NCBI RefSeq assembly: GCF_006345805.1 | Contig: NC_042998.1 | Location: forward strand, 200,570,001 to 200,634,000 | DNA from: Octopus sinensis | Lineage: Eukaryota | Length of the DNA stretch: 64,000 nucleotides | Direction: 5' to 3' | Shown here: in pieces, positions 11,335 to 24,152 of the stretch | Layout: each line of letters opens with the position of its first letter | Position numbering within the stretch: the stretch's first letter is position 1 | Made by a program: the position numbers and the translations under genes | The notes under the pieces: model-generated | Database searches by the model: none | What the model was told of the DNA's origin: nothing | The model's input: only the letters and a program-made list of their open reading frames with translations

Positions 11335-12599
11335 ACAGGGAGATGAACCAACGTTACATAGATTACGTGTTGTAACAGCTTTTCATCAGACAACGATAAC
11401 TTTACAAGAAATGTTAACAAAATACAAAGAACGCATAATAACATACACCATGCACTTGAAACTAAATACCGCGTATATGTAGCAATCTCTAACCGACTAT
11501 GTTATTTCCAAAAGTTATTTCAATAACCTCGAAAGACAATCAGAACAGTATTATTCTACATTTGAACTCATGCACAGCATTAACAATGCGTTATGATTTA
11601 CCCGTTTAAGGTAGAGCCAAAATGACAATAGAGAAAATCGTACTGACGAGACGGTTAACCCCGAGCGCAGGTACAGACTAACAAACAAATTCATACGATA
11701 AAGCATAGACACCTATGGATCCAGGAAGAAGAATATATTTGAATTACTAGATCTAAGTACTGCACCTAATCAACTTCGTACTCGAGATTTGTTATGCCAT
11801 GGATTCTATAACTACAAAAATAACACCTAAATGAACTACTATGATTTACCTTATGTTTTGTTTTCCATCAACACAAGAAGCAGCATAACAAATATCAATA
11901 TGTAAAGATATTTTGTTAATGCATGCTTTTCGTCGGTACAAAGTATAAAACGGAAAACAAAATAAAATTGTGCTGGTTGCTTTGTTTTTCACCAAAAACA
12001 TTTCAAGAACTACAGAAATTGATGAAAAAAAAAGGTCTACAAGAAATTAGAATACACACAATATAATATTTAACAGTTCTCTCATTCTTCCAAATAAACT
12101 TATCTTGTAAGTGTGTTTATGTGAGTGTTTACGCGTGTGTGTACGTGTGTAAGTCTGTGTATGCAAGTGTGTGTGTGTATATGTGTGTGAGTGTATGTGC
12201 TTGTGACTATGTGTGTATGCATGTGTGTGTGTGGTGTGCACTAAAGGATGTGCCGTTTAGTGCAGCAATAGAAATCCTGGCAACAGCTTAAGGGTTGTTT
12301 CTGCTTAATTTAATTTGGCCATTGTCCAAAAGATATTTTTCATCGATTCAATATTCTCATCTTAGCAAAGTCCTATTCCCAGAATGTCCAGTTTAAAATA
12401 TGAAAATTTTAATATATTTCACTACACAATTTTTCCCATTGTTACCTCTACAATAGTATGTTATTGTTACCATTTTATTTGACTCATAAGCTCACATATT
12501 AAATTCGAACATACTACACACATTCATGTGCTCTTCTAATAAAATTCAACCCATCTTTGCTACTCTATCCTTTATCTTTTCCTTTCCATACATGTCTCT

Positions 12600-15550
12600 A
12601 TTTTTTCATATATTAACACACATACATGCGTACACATCTTCCTTCTAGCTACAAACATGGACGTTAAGATGGAGTGTTCTCCATCAAGCCAGATCGTACA
12701 TAATAGTAGGTATATTTTCCAATATTATCCCACTGTCTGGTAGCACATGTTGATATATGTGATATTAAGGTCATTGTCTCGATATTTTGCCATGAGTAGG
12801 TTTCTATAGCGATAAACGTTTTACTGCCTCGACTTCCATTCTTCAAATTTCGCAAAACAAATTTCAGTCGTTGTTCTCAGGGTACGGTTGTTATTGGTCA
12901 TAGATTGCCATAACATTCACCATTTGCTTCATCTCACCCCTATAACATGTATATCGCTGTTGAAACATTTCTTTGTAGGTACACCTCACCGGTTATGTTG
13001 ATATTTTGTAAGGGACCATTTTGGGGCCCCATACATCAGAAACTGCTCTCCTGTTGCTCTAAAAAACAGAGTTTAAGGCCCTGATTTAAATACTTCCATT
13101 TCCTTGTCGTTTTTTGTATGCTGACCAATCATGAGATCTACGAGTATTAATATTCTCTTTTGCGTTTATTGCCAAGGATCCGAGATTCAGAAAATATTTC
13201 TCTTCTTTCACTCTGAAATAATGTTTGTTGCTGAGTGATAAAGAAAAGGTGTGTACTCCGTTTTTGTTTCTGTTAAATCTAAGCCAATTTGAGCAGCTGG
13301 AAGTTCTGCCCTTAGCTTTGCTGCTGATCTTCTTCAACCAGATCCGAGAATGACGCGTTATCATTTGAAATGTTTACATTTCCAAATATTTTAATTGAAT
13401 GTATTGACGCAGTCCGCTTCGTGTCTTTGAATTCGGTAGATTAGACGCATGTAGCCATTCTCTTGAATAATACTATTACAAAAGTCAGGTTACCAGAATT
13501 CCTCGCAACAAACCAACAAGTGAATAAACAAAAATTCTGTGTCTCAATTACTCGAGAATTCGTTACCAAATGTGTCCATGTAGAGAATATTGGCGGCATT
13601 ATACTTTTGGTATTTTCATTAGATTTTTGCGGTCATTGATCTCAAAGAATTTTGAAATCCAAAACTATTATTGCATACAGCTCCCTATTCATTATTACTC
13701 CAACTATCTTTATAAGAAAAAATATATATTGGTACTGTTCTGAAAAGATATGTTCGCAATACGTTAAGGCTGTTTCTAAGATTTGGTTTCTAAGATTCTT
13801 CATTGTATTATCTTGAATAATTTCCCAGAGGTTACTGATACTCTTAATTCCATAACATTCTACCATGCCTGAAGCATCTGCTTCGGAATTGGAATATTTT
13901 TCCTTCTGTTTGGGCTGTCATATTTAGAAAGTTGTGTGAATGTACATACATTCTAAACCTCAATAGCCATGTTGTGCAAAACAGCAGATTATTTGTTAGA
14001 AAATATGGTATGCATTCTTCAGTGACTATTCTTGTGAAATAGGCTCCGTCTGCAATATACTTGAGAGTAATTGCTACGTTAATGATGTCATGCTGTTGAC
14101 CATGAAGTTCTGGAAAGTGATCTTCGACTTCTAATAATTGCTTAATTCAATCTCTTTTTTATAGCTTTCGTTACGACAATGGTGTTTTTGCTGTAAGGCT
14201 TTACCTTTTTTCTTTTTCTTTTATGATATACCGTTCTTCCACATAATCGCAAGAATAATTTATAGTTTTCACCCCATGGTATAAGAATCTCATCACTGAC
14301 ATGAGTAGGCCTGGCCTTCTTAATATGGAAAACTAATTTAGATTCAACTCACCTGTAGATTGTCACATGGTATCATTGAATTTTATATCGCCTTTTAAGG
14401 ACAAATGTTTCTGCATATTCTGCATGAAATGTTCTAATGCTGATAAAATCTGCAAAATTTTGGGTGTATTGTAGATCGTATTTTTTGGAATTTCAATATA
14501 TTGTTAACCGTTCATTTTGTCTCAAAATTTAGTAACTTCAGAGGTTTGTTGTCTTTCTTTGCATACCAGCAGCATCTTATTCGTGTTAGAATGCGATCGG
14601 ATCCACCAGAATAGAAGGGACTTTCCGACATAGTTGGCATCATTTCGCAATTTTCTAAAGTGGAGAGATAGCTGAACCATCAGTGTATTTCGCCCGTCCT
14701 TACGTTCTAACTTCAAATTCCACGGAGGTCGACCAGGCTTTTAATTTTTTTGGGCCGATATAACCAGTATCAGTCGAGTATTGGGGTCGGTGAAATCGAC
14801 TAACTCACTATTCAAATTATTTTAGGACTTGTGTCCGTAAGAGTCGTACTTAAAATGATTATTTTTCAATTTTCTATAGACAGAGAATGCGTTCAATTTG
14901 CATTTTGCATATATTTCCATAGTTGGCGATTAATTAACACTTTCGGTGAACTGAACAGTTAAATGTACACGTTGGTATTCATATATAAGATCGAGAAGGT
15001 ACCGAACATGTCGGTTAGTCTTTTCAGGATATAATAATCCAATTTAATTTCCTTGCCCATTTGGAGAATTTTGTCTCCTTCAATCATGACGAATTTATAT
15101 TTTGGGTTGGGTTTACATTTGAATTGTTTCAACATATTTCCTCCTGCAACATTTGTTGGACATTATGCTAGAGATAATTGGCCCCTGGGGATTAAAGTTC
15201 AAAGAAGTCAATGTTGTACCTATAATAGAGCCGCTATTTGTTAAAGCTTATCATGACATTAGACACAATGCAATTTCCCAATCCAGGCTGTTAAATTTTC
15301 GCCAGTTTCTTGATCAGACACTAGTTACATCCTAGCATTTTCTTGTTTGATAGTTGGAGCCCATATTTCGTTATGAAAATATTCATTTTCCTTTTACTCG
15401 CGCCGCATTGAATTCAAACGGTATAGATATTGCTGCTGTTTTATATAAACTGGAAACTGAAGCGAATATTTGAGTGATGAAAGCAGATATTTGCAATGAG
15501 ATTTTTGCATTTATGTAACATGTTCTTGTTGCTGAAAGTTGTAGTAGTCA
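12600..15550 (-). pseudogene. Degenerate RTE-group LINE (endonuclease plus RT), interrupted by a SINE fragment
   Basis: Collinear minus-strand remnants: VLINRQLWKY (LDYILINRKW), GGSDRILTRIR (SDH), IIVLDFK (DFKKAFD), EEKYFLNLGSLAINAKENINTRRSHDWSAY (DFKYLGS...AWSA). Confidence 0.7.
14680..14808 (+). mobile_element. SINE B/C-related fragment
   Basis: GTATTTCG...TTACGTTCTAACTTCAAATTCC...GGGGTCG..AATCGACT. Confidence 0.65.
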
Positions 15551-16050
15551 TTCAGATCCCAATCTTGTTGTATATCAGGGAACTCATTACCTTTCTGCTC
15601 AAGACACACTATGCAATGCTGTATAAGTAAACGTTGGTATACATGAAAGTATCCTTCCTTACGTGGTCGACGATAGTAATGATATTATTGATTAGTAATT
15701 GCGGTATGTTGCTCCTAACTACTGTATGGTTACCTTTGCAAAAACTCATCGATCTTGTATATTATAATATTCTCTCCACCACAGGAGAGTGACGAAAGCG
15801 TTCTACCGAAAAAAAATGAGATTAATAAAACAACTAAAATTGAAGGCCTGTGTTTGAGGTGCTTTGGATAGGGTCCTTAAAGCCTTACTATTTAAACGGG
15901 CAGTGCTAAATGTCTATGGTGAATACACTCAGTTTAAATTTGTCGATCTTCTCTTAGTTGAAAGCGTTCTCTCTGTCTTTCTCTCTCTCCCTCACTCTAT
16001 AATTCTTTCTCTCGCTCTCCTCCTACTAGCAGTCATATCCTGGTATGCCT

Positions 16051-16282
16051 ATTTCTTTACTACATTCAAGGGGCTAAACACAGAGGGGACAAACAAGGAC
16101 AGACATACAGATTAAGTCGATCATATCGACCCCAGTGCGTAACTGGTACTTATTTAATCGACCCCGAAAGGATGAAAGCAAAGTTGACTTTGACGGAATT
16201 TGAACTCAGAACGTAGCGGCAGACGAAATACTGCTTAGCATTTCGTCCGGCGTGCTAACGTTTCTGCCTGCTCGCCGCCCTT
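16051..16282 (-). mobile_element. SINE family B, full length, with target-site duplication
   Basis: Matches the other B copies; flanked by ATCCTGGTAT(G/A)CC at about 16037-16049 and 16285-16297. Confidence 0.92.
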
Positions 16283-16539
16283 ACATCCTGGTATACCATT
16301 AGAGCAATAACATTCGAGACTAAAACAGAAAGTGTGCTACATGTTATCAAACAATGTCTGCTCGCGAGGAATACTTCCCTTCCTAAGAAAGTTAATTTCA
16401 ATGATTACAGTTTCATTGGCTTAGGTATTAGTAGATATAGCATTATAGCATGTAAGTTTCATTAAAAGGTTTTACATAGATAAATCATTGTATCATTTTG
16501 GAATATTCGCTGACATGGTGGTTTCAGTCTATTTAATGA

Positions 16540-16630
16540 AAACTTTTCTCTCTCATATACATACGTACATATATACACATATACACATACATACACACAC
16601 ATATACATACATACACACATACATACATAT

Positions 16631-16685
<55 letters not shown>

Positions 16686-17170
16686 CATAGTATACACACA
16701 ATATATATATATATGTATATATATAAGCATTGCATTTCTGCGAAGGAACAGGTGCAAAAGAAGGCAAACTATATGTATATATATATGTGTGTGTGGATAT
16801 TATATATATATATATATATATATACATACATACATACAAATATATATATATATGTTCATGTATGTATATGTATATAAATAAATAGATAAATAAATAAATA
16901 AATAAATATTTGAGCGTTTGAGTGTGACTGTAACCAAGTTTCAAAACAACATCTTTCTATTTAGGAGAATTCAGGTAATTACATATCAATGTCTAAATGC
17001 GTCCAATAAATTGATAGATAAATATGTCTGAGATAAATTCTTTGAGAAAAATCGAAGCATTTCAGAATATTTTGACAGTCGAATGCCAAACGTTTGGATA
17101 TATATATAATCTTCTGTATACGACAGAGAGGAGAGGATACATCTGTCTCTAAATACTGTATAATATATAT

Positions 17171-17216
<46 letters not shown>

Positions 17217-17296
17217 CATATAGATATGTATATATATATATATATATTAATATATATATATATATATATACATACATATATTTATATATGTATGTA

Positions 17297-17334
<38 letters not shown>

Positions 17335-17509
17335 CATATATATATGCACAGAGAGAAAATTGCCAAATCATACTTTGCATATATTTACTGAGATAATCAT
17401 AAATATTATCATACACAAATATAGTTGCATTCTCCACACACACACACACATATGTATATATATGTGTATTTATTTATATATATATTATATATATATATAT
17501 ATATATATG

Positions 17510-17566
<57 letters not shown>

Positions 17567-17817
17567 TTATATATGTATATCTTATGTGTATTTATGGTGA
17601 GTGGGGTTGTGATTCCGCAACCCTTTATGACAGAACGAATGATGGGTACATATATAAGCTTCCTTAGAGAAATCTACTTATAAACACAAATTTCAGTAGG
17701 CAGTCCAGAATCTTCAGGCGATCATTTGCCGAAGGCATTCATAAAAACAGTTGTGCTTGCAAATAAATACTTACCTGCAAGTATCTTTCTCTCTCTCTCT
17801 CTCGTCATATATATATA

Positions 17818-17872
<55 letters not shown>

Positions 17873-17951
17873 GTATATATATAAATTTGTCCGTTCGTCC
17901 ATACATACACCCGTATATGTATGTATATATCTATCTATTTATGTATCTACC

Positions 17952-18007
<56 letters not shown>

Positions 18008-18030
18008 ATATATATAATATATATATATAT

Positions 18031-18073
<43 letters not shown>

Positions 18074-18141
18074 TATATATATTATATATATATGAATATA
18101 CATAGAAACACACGCATCCATAATAATATATTTATATATAT

Positions 18142-18184
<43 letters not shown>

Positions 18185-18206
18185 TAGATATATACATGCT
18201 TATAAT

Positions 18207-18249
<43 letters not shown>

Positions 18250-18285
18250 TTATATATATATATATATATATACATATATTGAGTG
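16540..18285. repeat. Cluster of long (TA)n, (TATG)n and (CA)n microsatellites
   Basis: Direct inspection; source of the many YI-repeat pseudo-ORFs. Confidence 0.95.
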
Positions 18286-18840
18286 CATATATGCTGAAAA
18301 AGGCCGACGGTGTGGTAGTTTCAATAGATAGATAGTGAGATAAATAGATAGATAGATATATAAAGAGATAGATAGTGTGAGGGAGGGAGAGAAAGAGAAA
18401 GAATGTGAGAGATAGAGATAGAAAGAGATATAAGGGAATCGACTTCAGTTGAATCATCATATGTTTTACAATCACTCTCCTAATGTTGAATCTCCCTTGA
18501 GAGCTGCTGTCTCTTTAATCTTAAGGACTATCGTTTTTCCTTGAATTGGAATATATGCTACGCCATTTTACTTAATCTGAGCTACCAATCTTTAAGGATT
18601 TTAAAATATATCAATTCTTTTTTTTTTGTTTTGTATATTTTAGCTTTTCTTTCTGAATATCACTTATATCAGATTATTCGTATTTAAATTCCCCAATAAA
18701 TATGCTGCATATACTATTTGAAGAGTTACATTCGTGTGTATTCATTTCTATCACATATGAAGCATATTTAAGCTGTATCATGTGATTACTTTGTACAGCT
18801 AACGTAAATTTATAAATGAATTTAAATACACAATCATATC

Positions 18841-18881
<41 letters not shown>

Positions 18882-18980
18882 AAACAAAATACCTCACGCA
18901 CATATAATATACATTCTTATACATGTATACATGTATATAGGTATATATATATATATATATTATATATAATATATATATAT

Positions 18981-19014
<34 letters not shown>

Positions 19015-19052
19015 ATATATGCCTCGTGTATATATCTGTCCCGACTTGAGCT

Positions 19053-19157
19053 ATTTCTTGCTGAAGAATCCGAGGGCTATGGAGGATTGGCTTGATTAAT
19101 TTAATCAGGTTAGTTTACCATTAAACAGAGGATGAAACGGTATACCGTACAAGAAAT
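19053..19157 (+). ncRNA. Predicted type I hammerhead ribozyme
   Basis: Stem I ATTTCTTG(19053-60)/CAAGAAAT(19150-57); core CTGAAGA (19061-67); stem II ATCC/GGAT; GAAA (19134-37); stem III ACGG-TATA-CCGT; cleavage triplet GTA (19147-49). Fold identified by eye, activity untested. Confidence 0.75.
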
Positions 19158-19402
19158 TACAGGGTAAATGTTTTTTTAATTTTCTCCTGTTTACGGAATT
19201 GATCTTTATTTGCGGTAGAAGCTTTGGCTGTTATTTCTAGTGGGTGAATGGCTTATTATGGCCGTTCCTTAATTGTTAATGTTGAACTTGAAAATGGTCT
19301 ATGACTATTTAATTTTTTCCCGCTGGGCCGCTGGTGGCAATAAAATTCTACAAAATTTTCCTTGCCACCCTATATTGATTAAATATATATATATATTATA
19401 TA

Positions 19403-19503
<101 letters not shown>

Positions 19504-19739
19504 TATTGTTCTTTCCTTTTCGTAGTAATTTAATCGTTCTTCTGTCCGGCTTTGCTACATATGACGCCGCGTAAGGATGAAGAGGAGACTATTTCAGAAT
19601 TCGTTACACTAACATTTCATCAGCCACTATGTGTATATGTGTGTGTGTGCGTGCATGTACTTGTGCGCGCCTGCGTGTTTATGTCTGTGAATGTGTTTAT
19701 GTGCTTATTCAAAGTAAGTAAAATTAAATTTGCGTAAAA

Positions 19740-20965
19740 TATTTGGTCATCCCAAAAATAATGAGGATTTTTGATACGTTTTATTTTTCAAAATTGAGAT
19801 AAACAAAATTCACTTTTCATCTAAAGTATACTCTCCCTCATTTTCTACAATGCTCTTCCATCTTTCTGGTAGACTTGCTACGCTTCTCTTCCGAAATTCA
19901 CTTGGCCGTGACGAAAAATACTCCTCCAATACTGTTCTGAATTCATCTAGAGGATTCATATTTTTCACTCGAAATGATTTTGAAGACTGCGGAATAAATA
20001 GTAATCAGATTGGGAAATGCCCAGCGAATATGGTGGTTGGGCACCGTTTCCCATTCGAACTGCTTATGCCTTTGGAATGTCATCTTCACTGTATGAGGCC
20101 GCGCATTATCCTGATGGAAAAACACCTTCCGTCTTGAAACCATAGATGGTCGTTTTTCTTCTAGCGTTGACTTATGCTGCTCAAACGTCTCGCACTTGAT
20201 CTATTTTATTGTTTGATTTGGATTGAAAAGTTCAAAATGGCTAAACCTTTCATATCCTACAAAAACAGTTAACATCACCTTACGTGGTTGAATACCTTCT
20301 TTTCCTTCGGCCCAGGTCTTTGTTCTTTCCCTACCCAGAGTCTTCGGCTCTTGACATTTTTATAGAAAACTAATTTCCCGTCACCAGTCACTATTCGGTC
20401 CAAACATGGGGTTCATTCTTGAGATGTGAGAGAATGGAAGAGCACACATTCACTGTCTGCGAGTGATTAGACTCGGATAGTTTGTAAGGAAGGCATTGTC
20501 CCAATTTTCTGACTTTTTCGATGGCACACAGGTGTCGATAAATAGATGAATGACTAAATCCAAGCTTCTCTGTTAGTTCCTCAACAGTTACGATGGGATT
20601 TTCTTCTACCAGGTTTTGCAGGATGTCCTCGTTGAGCTCTACAAATCTTCCAAGTCCAGGCTCGTCTAGGCTGTAATTTCTGGAACCACCGCGGAGACTG
20701 GCTTAAGCTTATTGTCAGTTCCCCATATACTGCATTATTACACCTTGCACTGTCCGTTACGTTTTCCCTATGTAGAATATGCTCCTTTGAAGAAATAACT
20801 ATTAAAATCGAACTGCACTTTTTTAAAACTTGGACTAAGAATAAGTACAAGGTAAAATTACTACCCGCTTTTATAGCAAGTTGATGCAGGCAGTTTATAC
20901 CGCCACCACCGAATTTTAGTTTGTACAATTGTAAAAACCGTATTATTCACAGGATGAGCCAAATT
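19740..20965 (-). mobile_element. Degenerate full-length mariner transposon (about 1.2 kb)
   Basis: Minus-strand remnants EHIL...WFQKL (HTH), VTGDGKLVFY (TGDEKW) and FFHQDNARPH; imperfect inverted termini ATTTGGTCATCCCAAAAATAAT / ATTATTCACAGGATGAGCCAAAT. Confidence 0.85.
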
Positions 20966-21708
20966 CTTCCTTTATTTTGTTGAATCTTTATGCTGATATT
21001 CCGTGTCAATGAACATGGTCAAATGACATACGGATAACTAACGGGTATCTAGTGAGTTTGGATTTACTTTCTATTTCCTCTGCGTGATCTATTTATATGC
21101 TATTTTCATTCCTTTATTTTGTATAAGTTTCCTCTTGACGATCATTTGAAGAAGTAAATTCTTCGGAGAGACAAATGTAGTCTTGGTGAAAATATCGGAA
21201 TTAAATCAAGTTTTGAACAACTTTTGTACAATATTGACTTCTTACTAAAATTGAAAATACAGGACACGAATACATTTTGGCGACGGATCCTGTGAGAAAA
21301 AAAGACTTCTTATGTCACTGCAGCAAAACTTAATTCGTAACAATAATGGTTATATATATTTATATATAACCCGATTTAAAGTGTGATGATATGCATCTAG
21401 TCTTGACTAAATGTAAATTATGCCTTCATACACACCATTAGAGGTAGCGACAACATAAAATATTAATACACACTTAATTTGCATCTATATTTGTTTGTAT
21501 TTAAATGGATTCGCAGATAAACGAAGTTTGTACCAATATAAATACTTAAATCATTTGACTTTTCATAACTTATGTCTAGCAATGTAAATTTAAAATGAAG
21601 GTATATTTCGGGTGCAAAACTTATCAAAATCATTCCTGTGTATTCACACAACATAGTAGTGACCTGTACATGTTATCGAACATCACCTATACTCTCTCAT
21701 ATGTAATC

Positions 21709-22185
21709 CTTTACTTGTTTCAGTCATTTGACTGTGGTCCATGCTAGAGCACCGCCTTTAGTCGAGAAAATCGACCCCAGGACATATTCTTTGTAAGCCT
21801 AGTACTTATTACTTCGATCTCTTTTTCCGAACCGCTACGTTATGGTGACGTAAACACACCAGCATCGGTTGTCAAGCGATGTTGGTGGGGGACAAACACA
21901 GACATACAAACATACGTACACACACACACACATATATATATACATATATATATATATATACACACATATATACAACGAGATTCTTTCAGTTTCCGTCTAC
22001 AAAATCCACTCACAAGGCTTTGGTCGACCCGAGGCTATAGTAGAAGACACTTGCCCAAGTTGCCACCACTAGTCATGCAAACAGATACAGGTAAATACAA
22101 AGAGTCATGCAGGTTTGAATACATTAGCAAACATATATGTGAAGCACTCTCTCAGGTGGTGTATTGAGTATTGAACTCAGAACCA
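21709..22185 (-). mobile_element. SINE family A, head disrupted by an inverted duplication
   Basis: Reverse complement of the family A tail and core up to CTTGCCCAAGTTGCCAC; resumes as ATTGAACTCAGAACCATG after a 106-bp insert. Confidence 0.85.
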
Positions 22186-22366
22186 TGTATGTATGTATGT
22201 ATACGCACTCCTTAAACGTAGATGCCAGCTGATCTTCTATGAAAAATGATTACGATTCAACTCAATACACCACCTGAGAGAGTGCTTCACATATATGTTT
22301 GCTAATGTATTCAAACCTGCATGACTCTTTGTATTTACCTGTATCTGTTTGCATGACTAGTGGTGG
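22063..22366. repeat. Perfect 106-bp inverted repeat (arms 22063-22168 and 22261-22366, 92-bp spacer)
   Basis: Base-by-base reverse-complement comparison shows no mismatches. Confidence 0.95.
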
Positions 22367-23735
22367 TATAATCTAATCAAGTTTCTTGGAACGTAAACAA
22401 AGAAAGCCATATTTACGATGGAGGGAATTGCCATTGTTTGGATACGAAGAATTTCCTAACAGAGAACAAATTCCTTAAAGAAAACGTCTAAACGTAAGTA
22501 AAGTAGACGATATAACATGAAAGGTTTTGCAAAGCAAGAGATAAAAAGCACGTTTGAAGAATATTGATAAATACTTCTTGAAATAAAATATGAATCCATT
22601 GAAAACATAAGAGCGCACATCGGATATTACGTATATGTTTGTATGCGTATATATATATATACATATACATATATATATATACACTGCACACGCAGACACA
22701 CATATATATATGTATGCAGGTATGCAAGTGCGAGAGTATATTATGTGTATGTATTTGCTAATACACACGCATACACACACACACACACATACACACACAC
22801 ACACATACACACACACACACACACATATATCACTAATTTTTTCTTTAGATGTATTATAACAAATATATAGTTTTGGAATTCTAAAAAGTGTATTCAACAA
22901 TGAAACGAGAATGTACATTTTTATTTCAAAAATATATGAATGTATTGAAATGTTATTCTCTATATAATAAAATCAATTTCTTAAGAAAAAAACAAAAGCG
23001 AAAAGAAAACCACAGTTTTGAAGACATCAATTCGTAATATTTAGAATAGGATATTTTCAAGTATTTAAGATATTTTATTATTTTTTGAAAGCAAATTCTG
23101 TGTTCAAGTATGTTGCCATCAGAATTCCAGTTCGGAGCAACTTTAAATTTCTCTAGTATATTTTATTTAATTTTTTGTTTTTGTTTTACTGCAATTATTT
23201 TCTACTTATTTCAAATATATTTCGTATTTCTTTCCCGATGACCACTAATTCGGCTTAAATTTTTAATGTCTTAACTAATCATGCGTGTGATGATTCTGTA
23301 TAATGTATTTCTTATGTATAGTGCATTATGCATAGAGATAACCCCATTTGCAAGGAAAGGAGAGCACGCAAAAGTACGAATAGGGGTACAACAGACAACC
23401 TTGCAAAAAAAAAAAAAACAAACAACAAAAACCAACATATTCATCTATCGTCATATTGGCAAATATATAAGTGCATACTCACACGTATAACATGTAGTGA
23501 TATAAAGGAATGTATTTGCAATTTACAATAGATACGAGGTAATTATACTTTCCAAATATAGACAAGTATGCACACACGCACACAAACATGCACACACACA
23601 CACACTCACGCACACACACATAGCGTGCGTTACACGATGATGATACGCATACATAAATTAAGATATAATTTAAATGATAAATATTATTAACCGGACTTTA
23701 TTATACATATGCCCTCCCCCCCTCTCTCTCCCTCT

Positions 23736-23880
23736 TGGCGTGGCTATGTAGTAATTACATGGTTCCGGGTTCAGTCCTTCCTGCATGACACCTTGGTCAA
23801 AAGTCTTCTATTATAGCCTCAGGCCGACCAAATGCTTGTGAGTAGATTTCGTAGACGAAGACTTAAAAAAACCCTTCATA
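23736..23880 (+). mobile_element. Degenerate SINE family A 5' fragment
   Basis: CATGGTTCCGGGTTCAGTCC...GGCCGACCAAATGCTTGTGAGTAGATT. Confidence 0.7.
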
Positions 23881-24113
23881 TACATATTTAAAGTCTTTTC
23901 GTAGTTATACAGTAGCCGTCATCGGAATTCCTGTCTAATTCAGTACAGACGAAGTGTTATGCATATGCTGTTTAATAAATATTATACATGGAGATTAATC
24001 TACTATTTACTATCTATATATGCCATGTCTATGCTTGAGGTGACCAACTAGATTTATCAGCATTTAGTATCTCAGTACTAGATATGCTATTGTTGTTGTT
24101 GTTATTATTATTA

Positions 24114-24151
<38 letters not shown>

Positions 24152-24152
<1 letters not shown>

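Noticed and set aside
11643-11680. Other CTGANGA hits (6614, 11643, 59653, 62102; reverse strand 28410, 46834, 52756)
   Set aside because: No correctly placed GAAA with pairing stems I-III, so they are not called hammerheads.
10450-11900. Faint similarity to an RTE endonuclease on the plus strand around the SINE
   Set aside because: Too degenerate to support from visual translation.
16462-19049. Many ORFs made of YI, CV, LSIY, HT or poly-N/I/Y repeats here and throughout the window
   Set aside because: They are stop-free translations of microsatellites, not genes.
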